This document shows positions 39,538 through 49,720 of a DNA stretch of 64,000 nucleotides, one piece after another. A model generated the notes under the pieces. It did not search any database and was not told the origin of the DNA. It worked only from the letters and a program-made list of their open reading frames with translations. The position numbers and the translations under genes are program-made. Numbering within the stretch: the first letter of the stretch is position 1; every line of letters starts with the position of its first letter. This DNA comes from Candidatus Latescibacterota bacterium (GTDB lineage: Bacteria; Latescibacterota; UBA2968; UBA8231), in the NCBI GenBank assembly GCA_965243025.1, contig CBDETY010000003.1, forward strand, positions 5,696,001 through 5,760,000, given 5' to 3'.

Positions 39538-41769
39538 TCAGCCGCTGACGGCCATGATCGCCGTGGTTTCCTGCTGGGTCGTGACCAGGTTGTAGAAGAC
39601 CCCCTGGCGCTCCATCAGCTCGGTGTGGGTGCCCATCTCGACCACCTGGCCGTCGTCGAGGACCACCAGCCGGTCGGCGCTGCGCAGCGTCGAAAGGCGG
39701 TGGGCGATTGCAAAGGTGGTGCGGCCCTCGACGAGGCGGGCGATCGCCTCCTGTATCTTGCCCTCGGTCTGCGAGTCGAGGGACGAGGTCGCTTCGTCGA
39801 GGATGAGGATGCGCGGGTCGTGGAGGATGGCGCGGGCGATGGCGATGCGCTGCTTCTCTCCCCCCGACAGCTTGTCCCCCTGCTCTCCGACCACCATGTC
39901 GTAGCCGTCCGGCTTGGCGATGATGAACTCGTGGGCGTTGGCGGCGCGCGAGGCCCGCAGGATCTCGGCGAACGCCGCCCCCGGCTTGCCGTAGCCGATG
40001 TTCTCGGCGACGGTGCCGTTGAACAGGAAGGACTGCTGCGCCACCAGGCCGATCTGGCCGCGCAGATCCTCGAGCTTCATGTCGCGGATGTCGACGCCGT
40101 CGATCATCAGCGAGCCGCGGGTCGCGTCGTAGAACCGGCAGATCATGTTGATGAGGGTGCTCTTGCCGGCTCCCGACTTGCCGACGAGGCCGATCATCTC
40201 CCCGGGCTCGACGTCGAAGTCGATGTTCTTCAGCACCCGCTTGCCGGCGTCGTACCCGAACGACAGGCCGTCGAAGCGGACGCGCCCTTGCAGCGACGGC
40301 ATCGGCAGGGCGCCGGGATCGCCGAAGGGCTCGGTGCGCGCGTCGATGACCTCGAAGATGCGCTCGGCCCCGGCGTAGGCGCGCATCATGAAACCGTAGA
40401 AATCCCCGAACCACTTGAGCGGCTGGTAGAGCATCCAGAGGTAGGTGATGAAGGCGATGAGCTCCCCGAGCGCCAGCGTGCCCCCGAGGATCTGGCGGCC
40501 TCCGAAGTACCAGACGAAGAACACCCCGAAGCTCATGAAGAAGTTGGTGATCATGAAGAACACCACCCAGACCCGTTCCGCCGAGACGCTGACGGCGCGC
40601 AGGTCCTCGTTGCGGCGGTCGAAGCGCTGGCCCTCGCGGCGCTCCTGGGCGAAGGCCTTGACCACCCTGATGCCGCGGATCGACTCGTTCAGGTGGGAGG
40701 AGAGGCGGCCCCACTTCGCCGACCAGCGCTGCCAGTACGCCTCCATCCGGCTCCAGATCAGGCTGCTGCCGATGATGATCGGCGGCACCGGGAGCAGCAC
40801 CAGCAGGGTCAGCTCCCAGTTCATGTAGAACAGGAGCCCGAGGATGCCGACAACCATGAGGGCGTTGTTGAGGATGTAGGGGAGGTCGAACAGCAGGTAG
40901 ACCTCGACGAGATCGGCGTCGTTCGACATTCGCGAGATCAGGGTGCCGACCTTGCGCTTGTCGTAGAACCTCAACGGCAGGTACTGCAGGGCCCGGTAGA
41001 GGTCGGCGCGCAGCTCCTCGATGGCGCGCAGCCCTATCCGGGAGCTGAGCCACTTGCGGGACACCCAGGTGATCCAGCCCATGATGTTGACCGCGAGCAG
41101 GCCCGCGACCAGCCACCCGAGCAGGTCGAGGTTGGCCCCGGGGGTCAGGACGTCGTCGATGATGCTCCTGACGATCAGGGGAGGGAGGAGGTCGGAAACC
41201 GCCTCGGCGGCGAGCACGAGAAACAACAGCACGATCCGCTTCTTGTAGACCAGCATGTAGCCGATCAGCCGCCGCAGGGTCGCCAGCTTCTTCACGCAGG
41301 CCGGACACACGCCGTCCTTTTCCGGCAGCACGCGGCCGCAGCGCTCGCAGCGGGTGCGCTCGACCGTCGTCGGCAGGGTGACGGTCCTGCCCTCGGCGAG
41401 CTGCTGGATCCCCTCGGCCACCTCGCCGAACCTCGCCGCCAGGGAGTTGGAGTAGTAGAGGCGCTCCGGCTCCCCCTCCTTGCGCTCCACCTCCAGGAGT
41501 CCGCCGCCGACCAGGGCTTCGGCGCGCGCGGTTCTGACCGCTTCGATCGGTATCTGCACATCCCCCATGCCGCCGGCGCGCAGGAAAACCACGCGCCTTT
41601 CGGTAAGCACCAGCCAGCTTTCCCCGTACCGGTGCCGGCCCGACATGTCGGCGGCGACCTGGATGAGGACGTGCTCTCCCGGGGAGGTGTATCTCCGCAG
41701 GTTGCGGCCGATCTCCCCGGGCAGGGGCTCGACGAACGGATTGGCGGTCTTTTTCGCAGCGGTGGTCAC
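39538..41769 (-). CDS. ABC exporter (TMD+NBD) with N-terminal extension and CxxC-x10-CxxC
   Basis: GKSGAGKS, LSGGEKQR, ILDEATS; CERC..CPAC; GTG start. Confidence 0.92.
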   Translation of the reverse strand: MTTAAKKTANPFVEPLPGEIGRNLRRYTSPGEHVLIQVAADMSGRHRYGESWLVLTERRVVFLRAGGMGDVQIPIEAVRTARAEALVGGGLLEVERKEGEPERLYYSNSLAARFGEVAEGIQQLAEGRTVTLPTTVERTRCERCGRVLPEKDGVCPACVKKLATLRRLIGYMLVYKKRIVLLFLVLAAEAVSDLLPPLIVRSIIDDVLTPGANLDLLGWLVAGLLAVNIMGWITWVSRKWLSSRIGLRAIEELRADLYRALQYLPLRFYDKRKVGTLISRMSNDADLVEVYLLFDLPYILNNALMVVGILGLLFYMNWELTLLVLLPVPPIIIGSSLIWSRMEAYWQRWSAKWGRLSSHLNESIRGIRVVKAFAQERREGQRFDRRNEDLRAVSVSAERVWVVFFMITNFFMSFGVFFVWYFGGRQILGGTLALGELIAFITYLWMLYQPLKWFGDFYGFMMRAYAGAERIFEVIDARTEPFGDPGALPMPSLQGRVRFDGLSFGYDAGKRVLKNIDFDVEPGEMIGLVGKSGAGKSTLINMICRFYDATRGSLMIDGVDIRDMKLEDLRGQIGLVAQQSFLFNGTVAENIGYGKPGAAFAEILRASRAANAHEFIIAKPDGYDMVVGEQGDKLSGGEKQRIAIARAILHDPRILILDEATSSLDSQTEGKIQEAIARLVEGRTTFAIAHRLSTLRSADRLVVLDDGQVVEMGTHTELMERQGVFYNLVTTQQETTAIMAVSG

Positions 41770-41775
41770 GGAAGC

Positions 41776-44046
41776 CTAATCGGGAATGGCGATGATTTTC
41801 GAGGTCTCTTTCTGGAGTTCGACGAGGTCGCGGAAGGCTCCTTTTTCCGACATCAGCTCCGCGTGCGAGCCGATCTGGACGATGCGGCCCTCGTCGAGGA
41901 CGATGAGGCGGTCGGCATTGCGCAGGGTCGACAGCCGGTGGGCGATGGCGAAGGTGGTCCTCCCCTCGACCATGCGGCCGAGCGCGTCCTGGATCTGCTT
42001 TTCGGTGTCGACGTCGACCGAGGAGGTCGCCTCGTCGAGGATGAGTATGCGCGGGTTGTGGAGCATCGCCCTGGCGATCGCCACCCGCTGCTTCTCCCCG
42101 CCCGAGAGGTTGTTCCCCTGCTCCCCTACCTGGGTTTCGTACCCGTCCGCTTTGGCCATGATGAAGTTGTGGGCGTTGGCGAGCCGCGCCGCGCGCATGA
42201 TCTCCTCGAAATTCGCGTCGGGGTTGCCGTAGCCGATGTTCTCCCCGATGGTGCCGCTGAACAGCACCGGCTCCTGCAGGACGATGCCGATCTGCCGGCG
42301 CAGGTCGCGCAGGTTGATGTCGCGGATGTCGACGCCGTCGATCTCGATGGCGCCGTGGTCGACGTCGTAGAAACGGGCGATCAGGTTGATCGTCGTCGTC
42401 TTGCCCACCCCGGACTTGCCGACGAGGCCGATCATCTCCCCCGGTGCCACGTCGGCGTTGATCCCGTGGAGCACCGGCTTGCTCTTGTCGTAGCCGAAGG
42501 TCACGTCCCTGAAGGTCACGCGGCCCTCGATGTTCCTCATGCGCTTCGCCTTGGGATCCTGGTACGACTCCGGTTCCGTGTCGATGACCTCGAATACCCG
42601 TTCCGCCCCGGCGAAGGCGCTCGTCATCCAGGAGTTGACCTGTCCGAACCACTCGAGGGGTCCGTAGACCATCCACATGAAGGAGTAGAAGGCCAGCAAG
42701 GTGCCGAGCGTCATTTCGTCGGAGAGCACCTGCCTGCCGCCGAAGAGCCATACGATCAGCACCCCGAAGCCGGTCAGGAAGGTGATCGTCGCGTGGAACA
42801 CGGTGCGGTTGACGGAGGTCTTGATGCCTATCTCCGTCGCCCTGCGGTTGACCTTGCCGAAGGTGCCGCGCTCCCGTTCCTCCTGGGCGAACGCCTTGAC
42901 CACGCGGATGCCGTTGAGGGTTTCCGCGGTGCGGTCGGTGAGGGAGGACCAGACCATGCTGTACTGGGTGAAGAGCCGGCGCATGCGCTGCCAGAAGACC
43001 GCCCCCCAGATCATCAGCAGAGGTACCGGCAGCAGGGTATAGAGGGTCAGCTCCCAGCTCATCCACAGAAGAAAGCCGAGAATGCCGAGCATCATCATCG
43101 CATTGATGATCAGGTACGGCAGTCCGTCCACGAGGAACTCCTGCAGGCGCCCGGAGTCGCGCGTCACCCGGGCCATCAGGGCGCCGACGCGGCGCTTGTC
43201 GTAGAACTGGAGCGACAGCATCTCGAGCCTGCGGTAGAGCTGGCTGCGGATGTCCGCCGTCGCCTGGGCTCCAAGCCAGGCCACGATCCAGCCGTGAACC
43301 CACTCGGCAGCCCAGCTGCCGATGCGGATGCCGACGAGGGCGAGGACGAGAGCGCCGAGCAGGGCGAGGCGCTCGTCGACCGGCGCGGGATTCTCGCCGA
43401 CGGGAACCAGCACCTCGTCGACGAGACGCTTGGTGATCAGGGGCGGGGCGAGCTCCGCCCCGGTCGTCACCACCGAGGCGAGGGCCAGGGCGGCCGCCCG
43501 CCCCTTGTAGGGGGCCATGTAGGCGGCGATGCGCTTGATCGTCGACCACTTCCTCACACAGGCGGGGCAGAGGCCGTTCTTCTCCGGCAGCAGCAGTCCG
43601 CAACGGGAGCAGCGGGTGCGCTCCAGTTCGGGGTTGATCAGGAACGGCTCCCCCTTGCGCAGCTGCTCGAGGCCACGGGCCACCTCGGAGAACTTGGCGG
43701 CCTCGGTGCCGGAGTAGGGAACGGCCACGGTGGGCTCGCCGAAGCGCTCGATCTCCAGCCTCCCGCCTCCCACGAGGGGCTCGGTCCTCACCGAGCGCAT
43801 CCGCTCGACAGGGACGTCGACGGCGATGCCGTCGCCGGTGAGGACGACGGCCCGGTTGCCGGTGACCGCTACCCAGGTGTCGGCGTAGCCGCCGTCGGCG
43901 CCGAGGTCCCCCCGCACCCGTACAAGGACCTGCTCGCCTGCGGGCAGAATGGCATCCAGCCTGTCGGCCACGGACGGGTCCGCCGGCTCGATCAGACGGG
44001 GCGCATCGCTTTCATGGGAGGTCGAAACCATCGGAGGTGATCGCAC
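41776..44046 (-). CDS. ABC exporter paralogue with the same architecture
   Basis: GKSGVGKT, LSGGEKQR, ILDEATS; CSRC..CPAC; exact start uncertain. Confidence 0.92.
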   Translation of the reverse strand: MRSPPMVSTSHESDAPRLIEPADPSVADRLDAILPAGEQVLVRVRGDLGADGGYADTWVAVTGNRAVVLTGDGIAVDVPVERMRSVRTEPLVGGGRLEIERFGEPTVAVPYSGTEAAKFSEVARGLEQLRKGEPFLINPELERTRCSRCGLLLPEKNGLCPACVRKWSTIKRIAAYMAPYKGRAAALALASVVTTGAELAPPLITKRLVDEVLVPVGENPAPVDERLALLGALVLALVGIRIGSWAAEWVHGWIVAWLGAQATADIRSQLYRRLEMLSLQFYDKRRVGALMARVTRDSGRLQEFLVDGLPYLIINAMMMLGILGFLLWMSWELTLYTLLPVPLLMIWGAVFWQRMRRLFTQYSMVWSSLTDRTAETLNGIRVVKAFAQEERERGTFGKVNRRATEIGIKTSVNRTVFHATITFLTGFGVLIVWLFGGRQVLSDEMTLGTLLAFYSFMWMVYGPLEWFGQVNSWMTSAFAGAERVFEVIDTEPESYQDPKAKRMRNIEGRVTFRDVTFGYDKSKPVLHGINADVAPGEMIGLVGKSGVGKTTTINLIARFYDVDHGAIEIDGVDIRDINLRDLRRQIGIVLQEPVLFSGTIGENIGYGNPDANFEEIMRAARLANAHNFIMAKADGYETQVGEQGNNLSGGEKQRVAIARAMLHNPRILILDEATSSVDVDTEKQIQDALGRMVEGRTTFAIAHRLSTLRNADRLIVLDEGRIVQIGSHAELMSEKGAFRDLVELQKETSKIIAIPD

Positions 44047-44068
44047 CTATTAGGTGATCGCACCTATT
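44035..44068. repeat. 17-bp tandem duplication of a palindromic unit
   Basis: AGGTGATCGCACCTATT x2. Confidence 0.85.
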
Positions 44069-44307
44069 AAATGTATAGGTTCCAAGGTGTCCCTGACGGT
44101 TCGTGCGCCCTGCGGAACAGCTGCCGGAGACTGGCGCGCAAAGTATCCGGAATAGTCGTGTTTGCGGTCACCTGGAGCGGCCGTCCGGACATGGCTGTGC
44201 CTCAGTTCACTCGGCGGCATGCCCGAGACCGGTCATACCGAACGGAGCACGGGTCCGCTCTGCCGCCTGATCGAAGGCGAGGGCCCGACCGCTCCGGCCG
44301 GCGGCGG

Positions 44308-44490
44308 CTAGCCGCCGGATCTGCTGGATTTTCTCCGCCGGCGCTGGCGGGCGAATGGAGTCTCGATGCCGTACTGGCGGCAGAGACGACCGAAAGTACC
44401 CCCTGCGATTCCCAGCGCCTTGCATGCATCCTGGTTGCTGGCGTATACGCGGGCGGCCCTTTCGATCCACTCCCTGGGTATTTTCTGCAT
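44308..44490 (-). CDS. Small Fis-like helix-turn-helix protein
   Basis: IERAARVYASNQDACKALGIAGGTFGRLCRQYGI; GAGG RBS. Confidence 0.65.
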   Translation of the reverse strand: MQKIPREWIERAARVYASNQDACKALGIAGGTFGRLCRQYGIETPFARQRRRRKSSRSGG

Positions 44491-44550
44491 CTCTTCCTCT
44501 CCGAAATGCTGTGTGCTCGACTGCTGTTTCAGTGCGTTGCAGATTCCGTG

Positions 44551-44700
44551 CCGGCCAAAAAAAACCGGCTGCGTTTCTCTGAATCTGGTCTTTCAGAGGC
44601 CCGCAGCCGGCAAAAAAAAACCGGCTGCGTTTCTCTGAATCTGGTCTTTCAGAGGCCCGCAGCCGGCAAAAAAAAACCGTAGGGATGTGATCCCTACGGT
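44551..44700 (-). terminator. Stack of three terminator-like hairpins, two being a ~56-bp tandem repeat
   Basis: CCGGCTGCG..CTCTGAA..TTCAGAG..CGCAGCCGG twice, then ACCGTAGGGAT..ATCCCTACGGT, each preceded by A8-9 (U-tract on the minus strand). Confidence 0.7.
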
Positions 44701-45383
44701 ATGAGAAGCTCTTGGTTTTTCTGCTTTCTCAACCTCCGGGATCCTCGCCAGCTGCAGGGCTGGTTGCGAACTTGGAGACCATGGCGTTTTCGATCAGATG
44801 GGCCCGATCGGTAAGGGATGCCACCGCGGGGGAACAGCCTGTGACGGAGCCCCCGAAGCCGGCCTTCGGATTGTCGATCATCCGTATGTCATCCGAGCCG
44901 ACTTTCCCGCGCCCGATCTGGAATCCCCTGTCCATCAATTCGACTCCCACCACCGATCGGCACATTCCCCTGGGGAATCTGACGGCGTCCCGCACCGTTA
45001 AGCCGGGCGCGACGGCCCTGGCCATGGCCCGGTCAGGGCACGCGAACCCGGACATATCCACCATCTCCCGCGCGCAGAACAGGAAGGGGCTGGCTCCGAA
45101 CCGGTCGAACGGACCGTACCGGGCCGCAGGGGGGAATTCGCCCTTTCTCGTCCTGCCGATGTGTGGAATCATTTCATCGTCCGGTTTCAGGTGGTTCAGC
45201 AGCGGGCATTCGCGGTGCCCGCTGCCGTGGGTTTTCAGGGCGGGTGATCACTCACTCTTCCCTGATCGATTTAAAACTTACCCGGTGCATTTTTACAATG
45301 TCAAGTAGAAAAATACGGGACGATGCCGGACAGGCAATTTGCGTTTCCAGTTCGGCTGCCGTCCTCTATATTCCGCTGTGATC

Positions 45384-46226
45384 ATGACGCTTTCGCCACC
45401 TCCCAGAGACCGGTCCGGAATGTCCCCAGGCGAGTCGGAAGAGCAGTGCCCGGACAGCATCTCCCGGCACAACGAGAAGCTTGCCGGAATTTGGCGGGAA
45501 ACCGACTTCGAAGCGATGTCCGCCGAGTCCATTCTCACCTGGGCGAGCTCGGCGTTCGCACCGGGCCGCGCGGTGCTCAGCACGAGCTTTCAGTACTCCG
45601 GCGTGGCGATGATCCACATGCTGCGGCAGCTCGGGCTGGAGATCCGGATCGCCACTGTCGACACCTTGCGGTTACACCCGGAGACCTACGCCTACATCCG
45701 CGAGCTGGAGCAGCACTACGGCATCGAGATCGAGGTGCAGCGGCCCGATCCGGAGCAGGTGCGCAGCATGGTGGACCGCTTCGGCGAGTACCTGTTCTTC
45801 GATTCGAAGGCGAAGCAGGAGTACTGCTGCCAGGTGCGCAAGCTGAGGCCGCACGACGAGCTGCTGAAGACGGTCGATTGCTGGATTTCGGGAGTGCGCC
45901 GCGACCAGTCGGCGGTGCGCGAAAAGAACACGCCGAAGGCGACGACGGTTGCCGAGTACGGATCGCGGCGGCACATCTTCAAGCTCAACCCGATGGGCGA
46001 CTGGACCGAGGAACGCGTCCGCGGATACGTCGCTGAAAACCAGGTCCCGGTCCACCCGCTGTACGCCGAGGGGTACCGCAGCATCGGATGCATCATCTGC
46101 GCGACCCCGACGTTGCCGGGGGAGGATCAGCGCGCCGGCCGCTGGCGCTGGTTCAACGGCGACGAGACCATCGGCGAAGAGGAGCTGAAGGAGTGCGGCC
46201 TGCACGTGCCGATGTACAACATCTGA
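45384..46226 (+). CDS. cysH: APS/PAPS reductase (Fe-S type)
   Basis: DTLRLHPETY, YCCQVRK, GVRRDQS, SIGCIIC, RAGRW, KECGLH; start uncertain. Confidence 0.92.
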   Translation: MTLSPPPRDRSGMSPGESEEQCPDSISRHNEKLAGIWRETDFEAMSAESILTWASSAFAPGRAVLSTSFQYSGVAMIHMLRQLGLEIRIATVDTLRLHPETYAYIRELEQHYGIEIEVQRPDPEQVRSMVDRFGEYLFFDSKAKQEYCCQVRKLRPHDELLKTVDCWISGVRRDQSAVREKNTPKATTVAEYGSRRHIFKLNPMGDWTEERVRGYVAENQVPVHPLYAEGYRSIGCIICATPTLPGEDQRAGRWRWFNGDETIGEEELKECGLHVPMYNI

Positions 46227-46241
46227 CCCGGGCCGGGTTGC

Positions 46242-47621
46242 TCATTCCCGGATTGCGGCAACCGCTTCCTTGAACTTCGCCCCACGCTCCGCGTAGCTCG
46301 CGAACATTCCGAAGCTCGCACATGCCGGTGACAGCAGCACGACGTCCCCGGGCGCGGCGCGCTGCTCCGCCGCGGCCACCGCCTCGGCAAGCCCCTTGCA
46401 GCCGGGCACGATTTCTCCTGCAAAACCGCAAGCCCGCACGGCTTCGCCGAGCCGTTGTCCCTCCGCGCCCGCCAACAGAATCAGAGCCTTGACCCCGCGA
46501 TCGGCGATGCCTCTGGCGAGTGCGGTGAAATCCGCTCCCTTGGAGGATCCCCCGGCGATCAGCAGCACCGGTTCGTCGAAGGAAGCGACCGCCGCCAGGG
46601 CCGCCTCCGGAGTGGTGGCCAGGGAGTCGTTGCAGAAGGCGACCCCGTTTCGGGTGGCCACGTGCTCGAGGCGGTGTTCCAGACCGGGGAAGGATCGCAG
46701 GCGCGGTGCAAGCCTGCCGGCCGGGGCGCCGACGGCGACAGCGGCCGCCGCGGCTGCCAGTGCGTTGGCGACATTGTGCCGTCCCCGGAGCTTGAGATCG
46801 GAGGCGTGGCAGAGGGGGACCGCTTCGGCGTCGAAGGGGCGCGCCCAGAGCCGCCCTCCCTCGAGGAAAGCTCCTGCTTCGACCGGCCGGCTCATGCTGA
46901 ACTCCATGGGACGGGCCGGTGAATCCTCGGCGAAGCGGGACGCGGTGCCGCAGTCGGCGTCGACGATGAGGGTGTCATCTGCCGACTGGTACCTGCAGAT
47001 TGATTTCTTGGCTTTCACGTACTCGTCGAGGTCGGCGTGGTAGTCGAGGTGATCGGGCGTAATGTTCAAAACGACCGAAACAGCCGGGCTGCGGTCGAGA
47101 TCCTGCAGCTGGAAGCTGGAGAGCTCGAGAATGACGAGGTCGGACGCCGAGATATCGTCGAGAAAATCCACCGGGGGTGTTCCCATGTTGCCCCCGAGCC
47201 AGACCTGCCCGTAGGGGCCGTCGCGAAGCATCTCGAAGAGCAGCGAACAGGTGGTCCCCTTCCCCTTGGTGCCGGTGATGCCGACGACCGCCGCCGGACA
47301 GCGCTCGAGAAACAGACGAGTCTGGCTGTGGAGCGAAGCTCCCGCCTCCCGGGCCCGGACCAGGGCCGGGTTCAGGGGGCTGATTCCCGGAGTGCGGAAG
47401 AGGAGGTCGAACTCGTCCAGCCCGTCCAGGTAGTCGGGGCCAAGGTGCCAGCTCCGGGTGAGGTGAACCCACTCCGAGGCGTCGGGCAGCTCTTCTTCGG
47501 TCCTTGCGTCGCAGACGGAGAATCCGATTCCGCGTTCCGCCAGGTAGCGGCCGACGCTGCGATTCTCCACCCCCATGCCCAGGAGCGCGATCCGCTTTTC
47601 TTCAAGCTCTTTGTCGTTCAT
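46242..47621 (-). CDS. murD: UDP-N-acetylmuramoyl-L-alanine--D-glutamate ligase
   Basis: ITGTKGKGTT, ELSSFQL, DHLDYH, EHRLE, NDSLATT, LSPACASF. Confidence 0.95.
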   Translation of the reverse strand: MNDKELEEKRIALLGMGVENRSVGRYLAERGIGFSVCDARTEEELPDASEWVHLTRSWHLGPDYLDGLDEFDLLFRTPGISPLNPALVRAREAGASLHSQTRLFLERCPAAVVGITGTKGKGTTCSLLFEMLRDGPYGQVWLGGNMGTPPVDFLDDISASDLVILELSSFQLQDLDRSPAVSVVLNITPDHLDYHADLDEYVKAKKSICRYQSADDTLIVDADCGTASRFAEDSPARPMEFSMSRPVEAGAFLEGGRLWARPFDAEAVPLCHASDLKLRGRHNVANALAAAAAAVAVGAPAGRLAPRLRSFPGLEHRLEHVATRNGVAFCNDSLATTPEAALAAVASFDEPVLLIAGGSSKGADFTALARGIADRGVKALILLAGAEGQRLGEAVRACGFAGEIVPGCKGLAEAVAAAEQRAAPGDVVLLSPACASFGMFASYAERGAKFKEAVAAIRE

Positions 47622-47826
47622 TAGGACTACGAAATTCCACAGAGGAACAGGACCGGGTCGCCGGGGTAGGCGGACTCCTTATCCGGGAATTGTCGACAGG
47701 CAGAATGCAGGTCTTTTTTGCCGGGTTCCCAAAATTCGGATATAATCACGCGGCATTCGAGGCGGACCTGTTCCCTTCCCATAGAAAATTCCATCGGCAC
47801 GTCGCGGAATTCCCACTGCTCGGCGC

Positions 47827-48780
47827 ATGAAGTTGATCGTTCAGATCCCCTGTCTCAACGAGGAGGCGACCCTTCCGGCCACCATCGCAGACATACCCCG
47901 GGAGATCGACGGCATCGACGAGGTGGAGATTCTGGTCATCGACGACGGTTCCACCGACCGCACGGCCGAGGTGGCGCGGGAGTCCGGGGCCGACCACGTC
48001 GTGCAGTTTCCGAAAAACCGCGGGTTGGGTCACGCCTTCAAGGCAGGCTTCGACAGCTGTCTGAAACTGGGCGCCGACATCATCATCAACACCGACGGCG
48101 ACAACCAGTACTACGGCGGAGACGTCCGCGAACTGGTGCAGCCGATTCTCGCTGGAGAAGCCGAGGTAGTCATCGGCGACAGGCGCACCGTCGGCATCGC
48201 CCACTTCGGTTTCACGAAGCGCTGCCTGCAGAAGTTCGGAAGCCACGTGATCAGCCGCCTGGCGCGCCTTCGAGTTCCGGACGTCGCCAGCGGATTCCGC
48301 GCCTACAGCCGCGCCGCCGCACTGCAGCTGACGACATTCACCGATTTCGACCACACCGCCGAACACGTGGTCGAGTGGGGCCAGACCCGCATGCCGGTGG
48401 TCAGCGTCCCGATCCGGACCAACCCCAAGGCCCGGGAGTCCCGGCTGTTCTCCAACGTCGGGGAGTTCGTCGTCAAGTCGGCGTTGATCAGCCTGCGCAC
48501 GTACACCCGCTACAAGGCCCTGAAGATCTTCGCCGCATTCGGGTTCGGTACCTTTCTGGTCGGATTCCTTCTCGGGTTGCGGTTTCTCTACTTCTTCCTG
48601 TTTACCGACGAGGGCACCCTGCACGTGCAGTCCCTGATTCTCGCCGCGGTTCTGCTGCTGGCCGGGTTTCAGATGTTTCTGACCGGGGTGGTAGCCGATC
48701 TCATCGCGACCAACAGGGCCATGCTCGAGGACGCCCTGAGCCGAATCAAGCGGCTGGAGTTGAGGAAGAAGCGGGAGTGA
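47827..48780 (+). CDS. GT2 glycosyltransferase (DPM synthase-like) with C-terminal TM helices
   Basis: IPCLNEE, DDGSTD, DGDNQY, SGFRAYSR. Confidence 0.9.
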   Translation: MKLIVQIPCLNEEATLPATIADIPREIDGIDEVEILVIDDGSTDRTAEVARESGADHVVQFPKNRGLGHAFKAGFDSCLKLGADIIINTDGDNQYYGGDVRELVQPILAGEAEVVIGDRRTVGIAHFGFTKRCLQKFGSHVISRLARLRVPDVASGFRAYSRAAALQLTTFTDFDHTAEHVVEWGQTRMPVVSVPIRTNPKARESRLFSNVGEFVVKSALISLRTYTRYKALKIFAAFGFGTFLVGFLLGLRFLYFFLFTDEGTLHVQSLILAAVLLLAGFQMFLTGVVADLIATNRAMLEDALSRIKRLELRKKRE

Positions 48781-49717
48781 GGATCCGGGGCGGGGCGGAG
48801 TAGAGGGCTTTCCAGCTTCCGTCGCGGGGGTGGGGGAAGCCGATTTTCATGGCATGCAGGTGGTAGCCGCAGTCTCCAGGCAGGGGTGGGCGCTCTCCGG
48901 TCCACGTTGCTCTCGGCAAGCCCCCGGCATCGAAGAATGGCTCCCCGACCAGGGGAAACCCGGCCGCGGCCATGTGAATTCTGATCTGGTGCGGGCGGCC
49001 TGTCGGAATCTTCACCTCCACGAGAGCCTTCCGTTCTCCCTGCTCGTGGCGGCGTTCCACAACGCGAACCAGTGTCAGCGACTCCTTGCCTTCCGGGCGG
49101 GCGGCAAAGACCTCCCCGAGCGGCGCGTACGGTACGGGCCCGATGGCCGTGTCCACGGAAAATTCGTCCAGCGGAGGGTGTCCCTGCACCAAGGCCCGGT
49201 ACGTTTTCTGAAGACGGCCGCGGCGGAATTCCAGCGCCAACCCTCTCTTCGAAAGAGCGGTCCGGGCGAACAGGACCAGCCCGGACGTTCCGCGGCCGAT
49301 GCGGTGAACGGGTGCGATTTCGCCGCCGAACCGGGGCCGCAGCAACCAGAGCAAGGTGTTTTCGAGAAATTCGCCGCCCGGCATCACCTGCAGGCCGGCC
49401 GGCTTCGAGACCGCAACGAGGTCCGCGTCCTTCCAGACCAGCGCGAAATAGCGAGGGGAAGCGGGCTCGCGCCATGGCGGCCGGTGGTAGGACAACACCT
49501 GGCCATCCCTCAGTTTCGCGTCGCAACGGGTCGGACGTTCATCGAGCAGAACGGTCCCCGATTCGATGCGTTCTCGCCATTCCGCGCGGTTGGAGTGAGT
49601 GTAGCGCCGGGTGTAGAAATCGAGCACGGACTGTCCGGCTTCCGGGCAGGCAATCCGGTCGCGGTAGACCCACCCCTGGTTGAGGCGGCCGGTGCAGCTG
49701 CAAGGGGACGACGGCAT
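48746..49717 (-). CDS. RluA-family pseudouridine synthase homologue
   Basis: KPAGL, HRIGRGTSG, KTYRA, TGRPHQIRIH, LHA. Confidence 0.88.
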   Translation of the reverse strand: MPSSPCSCTGRLNQGWVYRDRIACPEAGQSVLDFYTRRYTHSNRAEWRERIESGTVLLDERPTRCDAKLRDGQVLSYHRPPWREPASPRYFALVWKDADLVAVSKPAGLQVMPGGEFLENTLLWLLRPRFGGEIAPVHRIGRGTSGLVLFARTALSKRGLALEFRRGRLQKTYRALVQGHPPLDEFSVDTAIGPVPYAPLGEVFAARPEGKESLTLVRVVERRHEQGERKALVEVKIPTGRPHQIRIHMAAAGFPLVGEPFFDAGGLPRATWTGERPPLPGDCGYHLHAMKIGFPHPRDGSWKALYSAPPRILTPASSSTPAA

Positions 49718-49720
49718 AGG

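Noticed and set aside
39518-44040. 1361-aa and 1471-aa giant ORFs
   Set aside because: Off-frame and antisense shadows of the two ABC genes, caused by stop-codon scarcity at high GC3
44551-44678. Possible CRISPR array
   Set aside because: Two adjacent ~56-bp units with no unique spacers and no cas genes; fits terminator duplication
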